From Candidatus Latescibacterota bacterium (GTDB lineage: Bacteria > Latescibacterota > UBA2968 > GCA-2709665): a stretch of 64,000 nt of DNA. The translations under genes were made by a program, and so were the position numbers. Positions 1 to 8,664 of this stretch are shown here, one piece after another. Location of the stretch: NCBI GenBank assembly GCA_012270675.1, contig JAAXHW010000060.1:19973-83972 (forward strand). The letters run 5' to 3'. A model generated the notes under the pieces. That model did not search any database, had not been told where the DNA came from, and was given only the letters and a program-made list of their open reading frames with translations. Numbering within the stretch: position 1 is the stretch's first letter; the number at the start of each line of letters is the position of its first letter.

Positions 1-39
1 TCGGGTCCAACCCCACTTTATCCGCCCTCCAAAAAAGCA

Positions 40-67
40 TTGACATTCCAAACAGAGTGAATATCTT
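40..67 (+). promoter_or_regulatory. sigma70-like promoter candidate (TTGACA-16-TATCTT) upstream of the first CDS
   Basis: TTGACA at 40-45 and TATCTT at 62-67, with a 16-nt spacer. The same TATCTT -10 recurs upstream of two other genes in this window. Confidence 0.3.
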
Positions 68-121
68 AGCCGAAAATCAGACCGTTCGTATCCACCGCCG
101 GTCCGGAAGGAGCGCACCGCT

Positions 122-889
122 ATGAAGCTTGGAATCGTCACCTACCAGATCGCCAAAGACTGGGACGTGCCCACCCTCATCGACATGTGTCAAAAAATCG
201 GCCTGCAGGGCGTTGAACTCCGCACCACCCACGCCCACGGCGTCGAAATCGACCTCACCGCCGACCAGCGCCAGGGCGTCAAACAGCAGTTCGCCGACGC
301 CGGCGTCGAAATCGTCGGACTCGGCAGCGCCTTTGAATACCACGCCGTCGAACCCGAAACCGTCAAGCAAAACATCGATGGCACGGTCGAATACGCCAGA
401 CTCGCCGCAGACCTGGGCTGCCCCGGCGTCAAAGTCCGCCCCAACGGCCTCCAGGTGGACAGGGGTATCCCCGCTGAGAAAACCCTGGAACAGATCGGCC
501 TGGCCTTACGCGAATGCGGGCAGTCCGCCGCGGACCTGGGCGTTGAAATCCGCCTGGAAGTCCACGGCCGGGAAACCAGCAATCCCAAACACATGCGCAC
601 CATCATCGACCACGCCGACCACGACAACGTCTACATCTGCTGGAACTCCAACCCGGCGGGAGAGACCATCAACGGCTCTATCAAAGAGAACTTCGACCTC
701 CTCAAACACAAACTCAGCCTCGTTCACATCAACGAACTCCACAGGGCCGAATACCCCTGGCGGGAACTCTTCGCCCTCCTCAAGGCCGAAAACTACACCG
801 GCTACACCCTTGCCGAAATCCCGGACAGCCCCGAACCCGAACGCCTGCTGCGCTACTACAAGGCCCTCTGGGAGGCCTACACGGCGTAG
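122..889 (+). CDS. sugar phosphate isomerase/epimerase (xylose isomerase-like TIM barrel family)
   Basis: 255-aa ORF with its ATG preceded by AAGGAG. The MKLGIVTYQ...GLQGVELR...EIRLEVHG pattern is typical of the AP-endonuclease-2/xylose-isomerase-like fold. Family recalled, not searched. Confidence 0.8.
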   Translation: MKLGIVTYQIAKDWDVPTLIDMCQKIGLQGVELRTTHAHGVEIDLTADQRQGVKQQFADAGVEIVGLGSAFEYHAVEPETVKQNIDGTVEYARLAADLGCPGVKVRPNGLQVDRGIPAEKTLEQIGLALRECGQSAADLGVEIRLEVHGRETSNPKHMRTIIDHADHDNVYICWNSNPAGETINGSIKENFDLLKHKLSLVHINELHRAEYPWRELFALLKAENYTGYTLAEIPDSPEPERLLRYYKALWEAYTA

Positions 890-901
890 CGCGCAAACGA
901 T

Positions 902-1750
902 TCAGGCTTCCAGCGCCGTTCCTTCCACCGTCTTCCGGTACAGCGCTTCGCCCAGCCCCTGGATGCGCTCCCCCTCCGGCAGTCCGTCCACCAGATGCCC
1001 CGGCAGCATCCCGTTGTAGGTCCCGCTCAAGGCGCCTGCCACCGCCGCAGACGTACCTCCGCCCGTCTCAAGCGCCCGGCGGACCGTCGCCTCAAAATCC
1101 CCGGGCGTTCGCAGAAACGCCTCCAGCGCCACGGCCGCGGTCACCGGCGCCTCTCCCGGCATCTCCAGCAGCGCCCGACAGGCCGCCGGCGCCGGCATCT
1201 CCAGCAGCGTCCGAAGCTGCCCGATCACCTCCCCGGTTGCCTCATCCACCGGCCGGGCGGACCACTCGGCCACCTCGATCACCTCCTCCACATCCATCGG
1301 CCGGTGCGTCATCAGATGCCCCACCACGTGCGCCACGGCCACAGCCGCAGCCACCGCCCGGGCATCCCGGTGGGTCACGTGGCACAGGGCCATCGCGTCC
1401 TGCCGGATTTCCTCCCCCTGCTGCCAGTGCCACAGCCCCACCGGCCCCATCCTCATCATTGCCCCGCTGGACGGCAAATCCACACTGGCCGCCGACGCAT
1501 GGGGCACGCCCGCATCCAGCCGCTCCATCGTCTGTTGAAACGTCGGGTCGTACCCATCGCGTTTCCCGTGCCTCCACATCTCCAGCAACCGCCGGGCAAC
1601 ATCCGTGGGATCTATGCCTCCCCGGTCCAGAATCGACTCGACCACAACCAGCGTCTGCTGCGTATCGTCCGTCCCCGCCCCCCCCAGCGCATCCCCGACC
1701 GCGCCTCCCAGCAGGGCCGCCACAAAAAAATCTGCGATATCTTCGCGCAT
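902..1750 (-). CDS. ADP-ribosylglycohydrolase family protein
   Basis: 282 aa. The N-terminal LLGGAVGDALG motif and the CHVTHRDARA segment are typical of the DraG/ARH family. The ATG is preceded by AAGGATGAG. Confidence 0.8.
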   Translation of the reverse strand: MREDIADFFVAALLGGAVGDALGGAGTDDTQQTLVVVESILDRGGIDPTDVARRLLEMWRHGKRDGYDPTFQQTMERLDAGVPHASAASVDLPSSGAMMRMGPVGLWHWQQGEEIRQDAMALCHVTHRDARAVAAAVAVAHVVGHLMTHRPMDVEEVIEVAEWSARPVDEATGEVIGQLRTLLEMPAPAACRALLEMPGEAPVTAAVALEAFLRTPGDFEATVRRALETGGGTSAAVAGALSGTYNGMLPGHLVDGLPEGERIQGLGEALYRKTVEGTALEA

Positions 1751-1888
1751 GGACTCATCCTTTCACACGTCTCACCCCTTCCACCTCCGCTGCGGGACGG
1801 TGGGGGTTTTTCGCGCCTTCTTAAACCGGTTGTATTTCCCCCCATCCTTTCGTATGTTTCTCCTTTCAATCCGCCCGCATCCTGCCGT

Positions 1889-3292
1889 ATGCTCTGGTCC
1901 ACCAGAACCGAACCTATGCCCCGCAAAGCCCTCGTCGGCCTCATCCTCGCCATTCTCATTCCCCTGACCGTTCTCCTCTACCCGGGCGACCTTTCCCTGC
2001 CATCCCGGCTGGCCCTTGCCATCTCCGCCTTCACCATTCTCTTCTGGACCTTCGAACCCGTACCCATCGAATACACCTCGCTCATCATGCTGCTCCTCTT
2101 CCCCCTCCTGGGCGTCATCCCCTTCCAGACCACCTTCGCCGCCTTTTCCGGCAAAGCCGTCTGGCTGGTCTTCTCCGGCATGGCCTTAAGCCTGGCCATC
2201 ACCGAGACCCCCCTGGGCACCCGACTTGCCCGGCTTGTCCTGGGCCGCATCGGGAGCTACGGCAAACTCCTCCTCAGCATCCACCTCCTGGGCGTCCTCT
2301 CGGCGCTCCTCATCCCTTCGGGCGTCGTCCGCGTCCTCATCCTCATGCCCATCATCGTCAGCCTCCTCAAGGCCCTGGGGGAAAAACCCGGATCTCGCAC
2401 CAGCGCGGCCCTGATCCTCTCCCTGATGTGCTCAACCTACTACGGCGGCACGGGCGTCCTCACCGCCTCCGTCCCCAACATGGTCGTCTTCGGCGTGATG
2501 GAATCCCGCAACATTTCCATCTTCTGGGGGGAATGGGCCCTCTACCTCTTCCCTGTCATCGGCCTCCTCCGTGTCGGCTGCTGCTATCTCCTGATCCGCC
2601 TCCTCCTGCCCGTCCGTCCACCCCCCATGCTCGCAGCCATCCCCACGGATACCCCCGACATCCCGGCAGCCGTCACCCCTGCCGAAAAGAAAACCGTCGG
2701 CATCCTCCTGCTGGGCATCCTCTGCTGGGCGGCCGACGCCCTGCACGGCATTCATCCCGCCACCATCGGCCTCGCCCTGGTGCTCCTGTGCTACCTGCCC
2801 GGCTGGGGGCCCCTCTCGCCCGACCGGTTGAAGGGCGTCAACTTCCCCATCCTCATCTATATCGCCGCCGTCTTCGCCATGGGATATGCCCTTGAAACAA
2901 CCGGCTTCAACGCCCACCTGGCCGGCATCCTCACCGGTTGGCTGGACCTCTCAGAAGCGGACACCCTCTTCAAACTGGGCGCCATCACCTGCCTGACCGT
3001 CCCCTTCGACTTCCTGGCGGATACCGCAGCCATTGCCGGCGTCCTCACCCCCCTCCTCCTCGACTTCGGCGCCGGCATCGGCCTGCCGCCCCTGCCCACC
3101 GCCCTCAGCGTCGCGGTCGGCACAAGCTTCGTCTGCATCCCCTATCAATCCGCCCCCTGGGTGCTCGCCTACAGTTTCCGCTACGTCCGCATGGGGCAGT
3201 TCATCCTCACCATGACCCTCATCTCCGCCCTCACCCTGCTCCTCCTGCTCCCGCTCAACCTCCTCTACTGGCGCCTCATCGGCCTCATCTGA
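1889..3292 (+). CDS. anion permease (ArsB/NhaD - DASS/CitMHS-like transporter superfamily)
   Basis: Polytopic hydrophobic protein forming the C-terminal part of ORF 995..3292. The upstream part of that ORF is R/P/H-rich and antisense to the previous gene. Start is ATG 1889, alternatively ATG 1916. Confidence 0.75.
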   Translation: MLWSTRTEPMPRKALVGLILAILIPLTVLLYPGDLSLPSRLALAISAFTILFWTFEPVPIEYTSLIMLLLFPLLGVIPFQTTFAAFSGKAVWLVFSGMALSLAITETPLGTRLARLVLGRIGSYGKLLLSIHLLGVLSALLIPSGVVRVLILMPIIVSLLKALGEKPGSRTSAALILSLMCSTYYGGTGVLTASVPNMVVFGVMESRNISIFWGEWALYLFPVIGLLRVGCCYLLIRLLLPVRPPPMLAAIPTDTPDIPAAVTPAEKKTVGILLLGILCWAADALHGIHPATIGLALVLLCYLPGWGPLSPDRLKGVNFPILIYIAAVFAMGYALETTGFNAHLAGILTGWLDLSEADTLFKLGAITCLTVPFDFLADTAAIAGVLTPLLLDFGAGIGLPPLPTALSVAVGTSFVCIPYQSAPWVLAYSFRYVRMGQFILTMTLISALTLLLLLPLNLLYWRLIGLI

Positions 3293-3401
3293 ACGCTTAG
3301 AAGCCTTAACCCTTGACAACATCGAACCGGCAGCGTACCATCTCATACCAGTACAAACCCGACGCTTGAGATGGAACCGCGACACCCAACAGGAGACCCC
3401 C

Positions 3402-5018
3402 ATGCCCGCGCAAAAAATCAACGGAGACCGCTCCCTCGCCTGGGGCGCCATCGAAGCCGGTATCCGCATGGTCACCGGCTATCCCGGTTCCCCTGGCACC
3501 GGGACGTTCAATGCCCTGGCCGAAACCGCACGGGACTACGGCCACCACGCCGAATGGTGCATCAACGAACGCATCGCCCTCGACATGGCCGCCGGCGCCT
3601 CCCAGGGGGGAAAACGGGCGCTCGTCTGCATCAAAAGCGTTGGCATGAACGTCGCCCTGGACACGTTGATGGTCCTCAACATGACCGGCGTCCACGCCGG
3701 CCTTGTCATCCTCATGGGCGACGACCCGGGCGCCTGGGGGTCTCAGAACGAGCAGGACACCCGTGCCCTGGGCCCCCTGGCCGAACTCCCCATGCTCGAA
3801 CCGGCAACCCCGGGTGAGGGCCGTCAGATAGTACGCTTCGCCTTCGACCTCTCCGAATCCCTCCGCACCGTTGTCATCATCCGCATCACCCGCAGCTTCA
3901 GCGTGCGCGAGGAAGACCTCTCCCCCCCCTCGCCTCCCCGGACCAGACCCGCCCTCCCGCCGGACAGGGAGCCGATGCGCTGGGTATCTTCCCTGCGCAA
4001 CTGCATCTCCAACCACCACCGCCTCCACCAGACCGTTCGGAAGCTCGCAGACCGGTTCGACAGCCTGCCGTTCAACCGGCTCGAAGGCCCGGGCCCCAGG
4101 GGCATCCTCGCCGGCGGCTTCGTATATACCAAACTGAAGGAGGCCCTCGCCGGCGCTGACACCTCCAATCTCTGCATCCTCAAACTCGGCGCCCTGTATC
4201 CGCTGCCCGGGGACCTCATCGCCCAATTCCTGAAAACATGCAACGAGGTCCTGGTCCTCGAAGAAGTGGACCCCTACCTCGAAGACGCGGTCAAAACGGT
4301 CGGCTACGACATTGGCGCAACCCCCCCAATCCTCGGCAAGCGGACCGGCCACGTCAACTGGGAGGGAGAACTCTTCCGCTGGCACATCCAGCAGGCCCTG
4401 GACGCCTTCATCCCGGACTTTTCTCCCACCCGGCGCTACACCCGGGCCGAATGGGAAAAGGAAAAGCCCTACCGCAAAGCTTACTGCGCGGGGTGCCCCT
4501 ACCTTGAAATCCTCACCGCATTCCGGGAAGAGGCCGTCGCCCTGGGCCAGAACCCCTTTCTCGCCGGCGACCCCGGCTGCGTCGTCGTCGCCGTCCGACA
4601 CCTAGACACCAAGCTCTGCATGGGGTCCTCCATCGGCGTGGCTGCCGGTCTTGAAAAGGCCGGCGTCCCGGAACGCACCGTAGCCGTCATCGGGGACTCT
4701 TCGTTTTACCACACCAGCATAAACGCCCTCATCCACGCCCGGGCCACCGGCGCAACCCCCCTGCTGATCGTCCTCGACAACGGAGGGTCGCTCACCACCG
4801 GCGGCCAGCCCACCCCCGACAGAGGACTGCCCCTGCCCGAAAAAACCGGCCCCCCCGTGGGCATCCGCGACCTGGCAGCGGCCTGCGGCGTCGAATCCAT
4901 CTGGACCGTAGAAGCAACAGACCCTGAAGACCGGATGCGGGCCGTCTTCCGTGAGGCCCTCGCCACGGACCGCCTCGCCCTGGTCATCGTCCGCAAACCC
5001 TGCAAACACATAGAATAA
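3402..5018 (+). CDS. TPP-dependent 2-oxoacid:ferredoxin oxidoreductase alpha subunit, IorA-like, with no ferredoxin domain and no beta-subunit gene
   Basis: ATG 3402 follows AGGAGAC. The sequence GAIEAGIRMVTGYPGSPGT, then CAGCPY and GDSSFYHT (TPP-binding), resembles indolepyruvate oxidoreductase alpha. No CxxCxxCxxxCP motif is seen. Confidence 0.75.
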   Translation: MPAQKINGDRSLAWGAIEAGIRMVTGYPGSPGTGTFNALAETARDYGHHAEWCINERIALDMAAGASQGGKRALVCIKSVGMNVALDTLMVLNMTGVHAGLVILMGDDPGAWGSQNEQDTRALGPLAELPMLEPATPGEGRQIVRFAFDLSESLRTVVIIRITRSFSVREEDLSPPSPPRTRPALPPDREPMRWVSSLRNCISNHHRLHQTVRKLADRFDSLPFNRLEGPGPRGILAGGFVYTKLKEALAGADTSNLCILKLGALYPLPGDLIAQFLKTCNEVLVLEEVDPYLEDAVKTVGYDIGATPPILGKRTGHVNWEGELFRWHIQQALDAFIPDFSPTRRYTRAEWEKEKPYRKAYCAGCPYLEILTAFREEAVALGQNPFLAGDPGCVVVAVRHLDTKLCMGSSIGVAAGLEKAGVPERTVAVIGDSSFYHTSINALIHARATGATPLLIVLDNGGSLTTGGQPTPDRGLPLPEKTGPPVGIRDLAAACGVESIWTVEATDPEDRMRAVFREALATDRLALVIVRKPCKHIE

Positions 5019-5118
5019 AAAGGGACACCGGACAAAGCGCCGTCAAACTCGCCTCCCACGATCCCCCCACTGGCGCGCCTGCGGGCTGGCGCCCCCTCAC
5101 CGCATCAGCCGTCGCCTG

Positions 5119-5145
5119 GTGGGCAACCACAAGGGTTGCCCCTAC
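5119..5145. repeat. GC-rich hairpin repeat (GTGGGCAACC-ACAA-GGGTTGCCCCTAC)
   Basis: Stem GGGCAACC/GGTTGCCC with a 5-nt loop. It lies in a 314-bp non-coding stretch packed with short GC-rich repeats. Confidence 0.6.
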
Positions 5146-5188
5146 AAATGCAACGGCGTGGACATCTACGAGGGGCGCCCACGCAAAT

Positions 5189-5214
5189 GCTGCGGGGGGG
5201 AGGGGGCTTTTCCG
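5189..5214 (+). repeat. partial copy of the GCTGCGGGGGGGA(T/G)GGGGCTTTTCCG repeat family
   Basis: 26 nt nearly identical to 30083-30108. The copy diverges after TTTTCCG. Confidence 0.6.
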
Positions 5215-5262
5215 AAATAAAAAAAGCCCTCCGGGTCCCGAAACCCGAAAGCGCCTTATTGA

Positions 5263-5292
5263 GAAGCTGCCTTAAAACCCCCGGCGGTCTTC
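5263..5292 (+). repeat. degenerate copy of the stop-codon-abutting 30-nt element
   Basis: TGA|GAAGCTGCCTTAAAACCCCCGGCGG compared with the consensus TGA|GAAGCTGTTTTAAAATTCCCGGTGAG. No ORF ends at this TGA. Confidence 0.45.
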
Positions 5293-5332
5293 GCACAGCT
5301 GCAAAAGCACCGGTCGGCGTTGCATACGACCA

Positions 5333-5926
5333 CTAACGCAGGAATTTCAGACTCGAAATAATCCCCCTGTATTCCTCCAGAGGGAAGTGAACGCTAATGC
5401 CGCTGCCCAGCATCACATACACCTGCTGCCTGTACACCACCGCCGAGGCCAGATACCGGCTGCCATACCCCCTGTAGGAAGCCGCCCGGAAGACCCACTC
5501 CACCCCCTCGGCAGCATCTATCCGAAGCGTCCGTTTCTCCTCTGCACTGTACCCGATAAATCTGCCCCTGAGCTCTTCTTCCAGGGACGTCACAAACCGC
5601 TCTATGGTATTCCCCCGGGGCAACGCCCGGGGATCCACGACCAGCGTGGGCCGAAACCGGGTTCCCTGCAGTGGAAACTTTGAAATCTGCACATTCACTT
5701 TGGGCAGACCGTTGGACGCGCGGTTATGGAAAAGGGTCTGGGCGTTCAGGCTCCAGGTCGAATCCTCTGGAATGGTCAGCTGAAACCCCCACTCCTCGTT
5801 GACGTAGACCGTACCCTCCGAAGAGGAATCTTCGATGTCGGGATCGGTCGGAATCGGACCACAGCCCGGCGTCAGCTGCGCCAATAAGATGAGAAAGACC
5901 GGAATCCACTGCTGATTTCGACACAT
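5333..5926 (-). CDS. hypothetical lipoprotein
   Basis: The internal ATG at 5926 gives MCRNQQWIPVFLILLAQLTPGC, a signal peptide plus lipobox. GAGAGG lies upstream, and the gene sits downstream of the two lepB copies on the same strand. Confidence 0.6.
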   Translation of the reverse strand: MCRNQQWIPVFLILLAQLTPGCGPIPTDPDIEDSSSEGTVYVNEEWGFQLTIPEDSTWSLNAQTLFHNRASNGLPKVNVQISKFPLQGTRFRPTLVVDPRALPRGNTIERFVTSLEEELRGRFIGYSAEEKRTLRIDAAEGVEWVFRAASYRGYGSRYLASAVVYRQQVYVMLGSGISVHFPLEEYRGIISSLKFLR

Positions 5927-5990
5927 ACACAGCCTCTCTGGTGAGGAGATTTCCCGGCTCTTTCCGCCCAATACTGCAGGGTGTACGTTC

Positions 5991-6019
5991 AAATTACCAA
6001 ATTCAGCGCCCCCGGTCAA
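5991..6019 (-). promoter_or_regulatory. promoter candidate TTGACC-17-TAATTT for the lipoprotein gene
   Basis: Read on the minus strand: TTGACC (6014-6019), a 17-nt spacer, then TAATTT (5991-5996). Confidence 0.3.
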
Positions 6020-6091
6020 TACCCACCCCCGCCCTCTGCTGGAAAATCACAACGTCCCATGCCGTTTTCCCGTCGCTCACGGCCCTTTCCG

Positions 6092-7440
6092 TATCCTTCA
6101 ATTCACCGGCCCCAGCCTGCGCCATCGAATCTTTTCAAACAGGTTCCAAAACGGCGCATCGGTATCCCGGGAGAAGTAGATCAGCAGCGGATGCGCCTTG
6201 ATTTTTTCCAGCGAAACCGTCCCCCAAAACCGGCTGTCGTAGCTGTTGTCCCGGTTGTCTCCCATCACAAAAATATGCCCCGGAGGCACCGTATAAGGAC
6301 CGAAGTTGTCCCGCGCGCTGTACCGCCGGGGCTGCTCCTGGCTGTCCATATACTTGACCCCGGGAGGGTCTGAAAACGGCTCCCCATCCACATAAACCAC
6401 CTTATTCTTGACCTCAACCGTCTGGCCCTCTACGGCGATACACCGCTTGATAAAATCCCGGGACGGATCGTCCGGAAATTCAGCGATCACAAGGTCGCCC
6501 GGCCCGGGGCCCCGAAACCCGGGCATCCGAAACGAAGGCAGCTTCAGGTTCAGAATCGGCAGACGGTCGGGAATCTGCGTCCCGAACGTCTGCTTATCGC
6601 CCAGCACATAATCCCCCGCCAGAAGCGTATCCTCCATCGATCCTGAAGGAATATGATACGCCTGCACCAGCGTTGCCCGAATCAAAATAAACAGCACAGC
6701 GGCAAAAAGAAAGCCCTTTGCATAGGCTTTTGCAATCTGAAGCCCAAATGGCTTCCCCACCCGGCGTCCATCCATACACAGGCCTCCCTGTTGGGGTTGC
6801 CCTGCATCCCCCGGAAGTCTTCCAACCCCTTCAATTCACCGGCCCCAGCCTGCGCCATCGAATCTTTTCAAGCAGGTTCCAAAACGGCGCATCCGGGTTC
6901 CAGGAGAAATAGATCAGCAGCGGATGCGCCTTGACCTTTTCCAGCGAAACCGCCCTCCAGACGCGGCTGTCGGAGCTGTTGTCCCGGTTGTCTCCCATCA
7001 CAAAAATGTGCCCCGGAGGCACCGTATAAGGACCAAAATTGCCCCGCTGCCGGTAATCCGTATACTTGACCCCGGGGGGGTCCTGAAACGGCTCTCCATC
7101 CACGTAAACCACCCTGTTCTTGACCTCAACCGTCTGGCCCTCTATGGCGATGCACCGCTTGATAAAATCCCGGGACGGATCGTTCGGGAATTCGAAAATG
7201 ACGATATCGCCCGGCCCGGGATCGCGAAACCCGGGCATCCGAAACGAGGGCAGCTTCAGGTTCAGAATCGGCAAACGGTCGGGAATCTGCGTCCCGAACG
7301 TCAGCTTATCGCCCAGCACATAATCCCCCACCAGAAGCGTATCCTCCATCGATCCTGAAGGAATATGATACGCCTGCACCAGCGTTGCCCGAATCAAAAT
7401 GGCCAGAAAAATCGCAAAAAAGATCGACTTTGCATAATCT
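6092..7440 (-). repeat. tandem duplication (733-bp period) carrying two signal peptidase I genes
   Basis: 6098-6300 and 6831-7030 are near-identical at the DNA level. The two proteins are about 85% identical by eye. Confidence 0.85.
6098..6775 (-). CDS. lepB: signal peptidase I
   Basis: SGSMEDTL (catalytic Ser), KRCIA (Lys box) and VMGDNRDNSYDSRFWG. GGGAGG lies 7 nt upstream of the ATG. Confidence 0.9.
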   Translation of the reverse strand: MDGRRVGKPFGLQIAKAYAKGFLFAAVLFILIRATLVQAYHIPSGSMEDTLLAGDYVLGDKQTFGTQIPDRLPILNLKLPSFRMPGFRGPGPGDLVIAEFPDDPSRDFIKRCIAVEGQTVEVKNKVVYVDGEPFSDPPGVKYMDSQEQPRRYSARDNFGPYTVPPGHIFVMGDNRDNSYDSRFWGTVSLEKIKAHPLLIYFSRDTDAPFWNLFEKIRWRRLGPVN

Positions 7441-7487
7441 TTCACAGTCTGTTTTCTGGGCTGTTTCTCAAGCCGGGGTTTATGCAT
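6831..7487 (-). CDS. lepB: signal peptidase I (tandem paralog)
   Basis: Same catalytic boxes: SGSMEDTL, KRCIA and VMGDNRDNSSDSRVW. Start taken at ATG 7487 (MHKPRLEK), preceded by AAGGAGG. Confidence 0.9.
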   Translation of the reverse strand: MHKPRLEKQPRKQTVKDYAKSIFFAIFLAILIRATLVQAYHIPSGSMEDTLLVGDYVLGDKLTFGTQIPDRLPILNLKLPSFRMPGFRDPGPGDIVIFEFPNDPSRDFIKRCIAIEGQTVEVKNRVVYVDGEPFQDPPGVKYTDYRQRGNFGPYTVPPGHIFVMGDNRDNSSDSRVWRAVSLEKVKAHPLLIYFSWNPDAPFWNLLEKIRWRRLGPVN

Positions 7488-7597
7488 AAAATCGCGCAAT
7501 CCCCGCCTCCTTTCCGTGGATAAGATGGTGTTCCCCAAAAAATACCCCTCCCGCCACAGGCTGTCAAGCAAATTTCCGCACACCCCTGCCAAACCGC

Positions 7598-7626
7598 TTG
7601 ACGCCTGCCCGGGATCGACTTAAATT
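7598..7626 (+). promoter_or_regulatory. promoter candidate TTGACG-17-TAAATT
   Basis: Hexamers at 7598-7603 and 7621-7626, upstream of the creatininase-family gene. Confidence 0.35.
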
Positions 7627-7677
7627 GCCTTGCCTGCGAAAATCCTCCACCAGAACAGAGGCGAAAGGAGCACTGCC

Positions 7678-8574
7678 ATGCGAGAAGTCCGGTGGGAGCG
7701 CATGTTCCCTGACCAGCTGGAAAAGGCATTTGCAGACTGTCCCCTGGTCTATTTCCCCTACGGCCTCTGTGAGCCTCACGGTCCCCAGAACGCGGTGGGG
7801 CTGGATGCCCTCAAGGCCCACGGCATTGCCTGTAAGGCCGCCCGCGCCCACGGCGGCATCGTGGCCCCGCCCGACTACTGGCACATCCACGAACTGGGCG
7901 GCTACGCCCTCTGGTGCGAACGCACCGTGGGCCAGGTCGAACGCGCCTGGCTCACCTGCATGCCCCCCTGGCAGCACTTCAAAAACATCTGCTACCACAT
8001 CCGGACCGCCGACACCCTCGGCTTCCACGCGGCCATCTTCCTGACCGGCCACTACGGCCCCAACTGGCAGGACCTCAAAACCCTCTGCGACCTGGTTCAG
8101 CCCCACGTGGGCACCCGGCTCTACAGCCTGCCCGACCACGAGGCCAACCAGCCCGGCTTCGACAGCGACGGCAAAAGCGGCGGAGACCACGCGGGCAAGG
8201 TCGAAACCTCGCTCCTCTGGGCGCTCCATCCCGAATGCGTGGACCTCTCCCGCCTCCCCCCCCGGGAAGCGCCCGGCCCCCACTTTGCCATGGGCCCCAC
8301 CGTCCGCCTGTCCAACCGCAAAACGGGCGAACGCATGGTTGCCGACGAAGTCCGCTGGCTGGGCGCCAGAGCGCAGGAATGCTTAACCGCCTACGACCGG
8401 GAAAAACCCGAACACAAACTCCGTACCTTTGAAGACGTCGAGACCCTCTGGGAAAAGGTCGTACACCCCGCCTTAAAAGACTTCCGGACCATGCAGGACG
8501 CCTGGCAGGACGGTGAATCCCTGCCCGAAACCTCGGTCTGGTACCCCAACTGGCGTGTCCCCCCCCGGGGGTAG
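7678..8574 (+). CDS. creatininase (creatinine amidohydrolase) family protein, paralog 1
   Basis: ATG 7678 follows AAAGGAG. The sequence reads MREVRWERMFP...YGLCEPHGPQN...GDHAGKVETS. A paralog at 54982..55869 is roughly half identical by eye. Confidence 0.8.
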   Translation: MREVRWERMFPDQLEKAFADCPLVYFPYGLCEPHGPQNAVGLDALKAHGIACKAARAHGGIVAPPDYWHIHELGGYALWCERTVGQVERAWLTCMPPWQHFKNICYHIRTADTLGFHAAIFLTGHYGPNWQDLKTLCDLVQPHVGTRLYSLPDHEANQPGFDSDGKSGGDHAGKVETSLLWALHPECVDLSRLPPREAPGPHFAMGPTVRLSNRKTGERMVADEVRWLGARAQECLTAYDREKPEHKLRTFEDVETLWEKVVHPALKDFRTMQDAWQDGESLPETSVWYPNWRVPPRG

Positions 8575-8601
8575 CCCGGGATGCGGACTTCCGACCATCT
8601 C

Positions 8602-8638
8602 AAAGCCCACTGTCGAGCATTCGACAGTGGGCTTTTTT
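8602..8638 (+). terminator. rho-independent terminator
   Basis: 15-bp stem AAAGCCCACTGTCGA / TCGACAGTGGGCTTT with loop GCAT, followed by a run of six T. Confidence 0.75.
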
Positions 8639-8640
8639 CT

Positions 8641-8664
8641 CACCAGGAATTTTAAAACAGCTTC
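8641..8664 (-). repeat. stop-codon-abutting 30-nt element, copy A
   Basis: On the minus strand, TGA (glyoxalase stop, 8665-8667) is followed immediately by GAAGCTGTTTTAAAATTCCTGGTG. Confidence 0.8.

Noticed and set aside
995-1888. N-terminal 298 aa of ORF 995..3292
   Set aside because: It is antisense to the ADP-ribosylglycohydrolase gene and R/P/H-rich. The transporter's hydrophobic sequence begins only at about 1889-1916.
3306-4601. 431-aa ORF antisense to the IorA-like gene
   Set aside because: It is fully overlapped by a CDS with clear family motifs. Its composition is dominated by G/A/E/D/V/P with no recognisable motifs. Long antisense open frames are expected in GC-rich DNA.
5105-5336. 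63-aa and 66-aa ORFs in the 5.0-5.3 kb intergenic region
   Set aside because: They are translations of concatenated GC-rich repeats (e.g. RGNPCGCPP). They have no SD sequences and are typical repeat-derived pseudo-ORFs.
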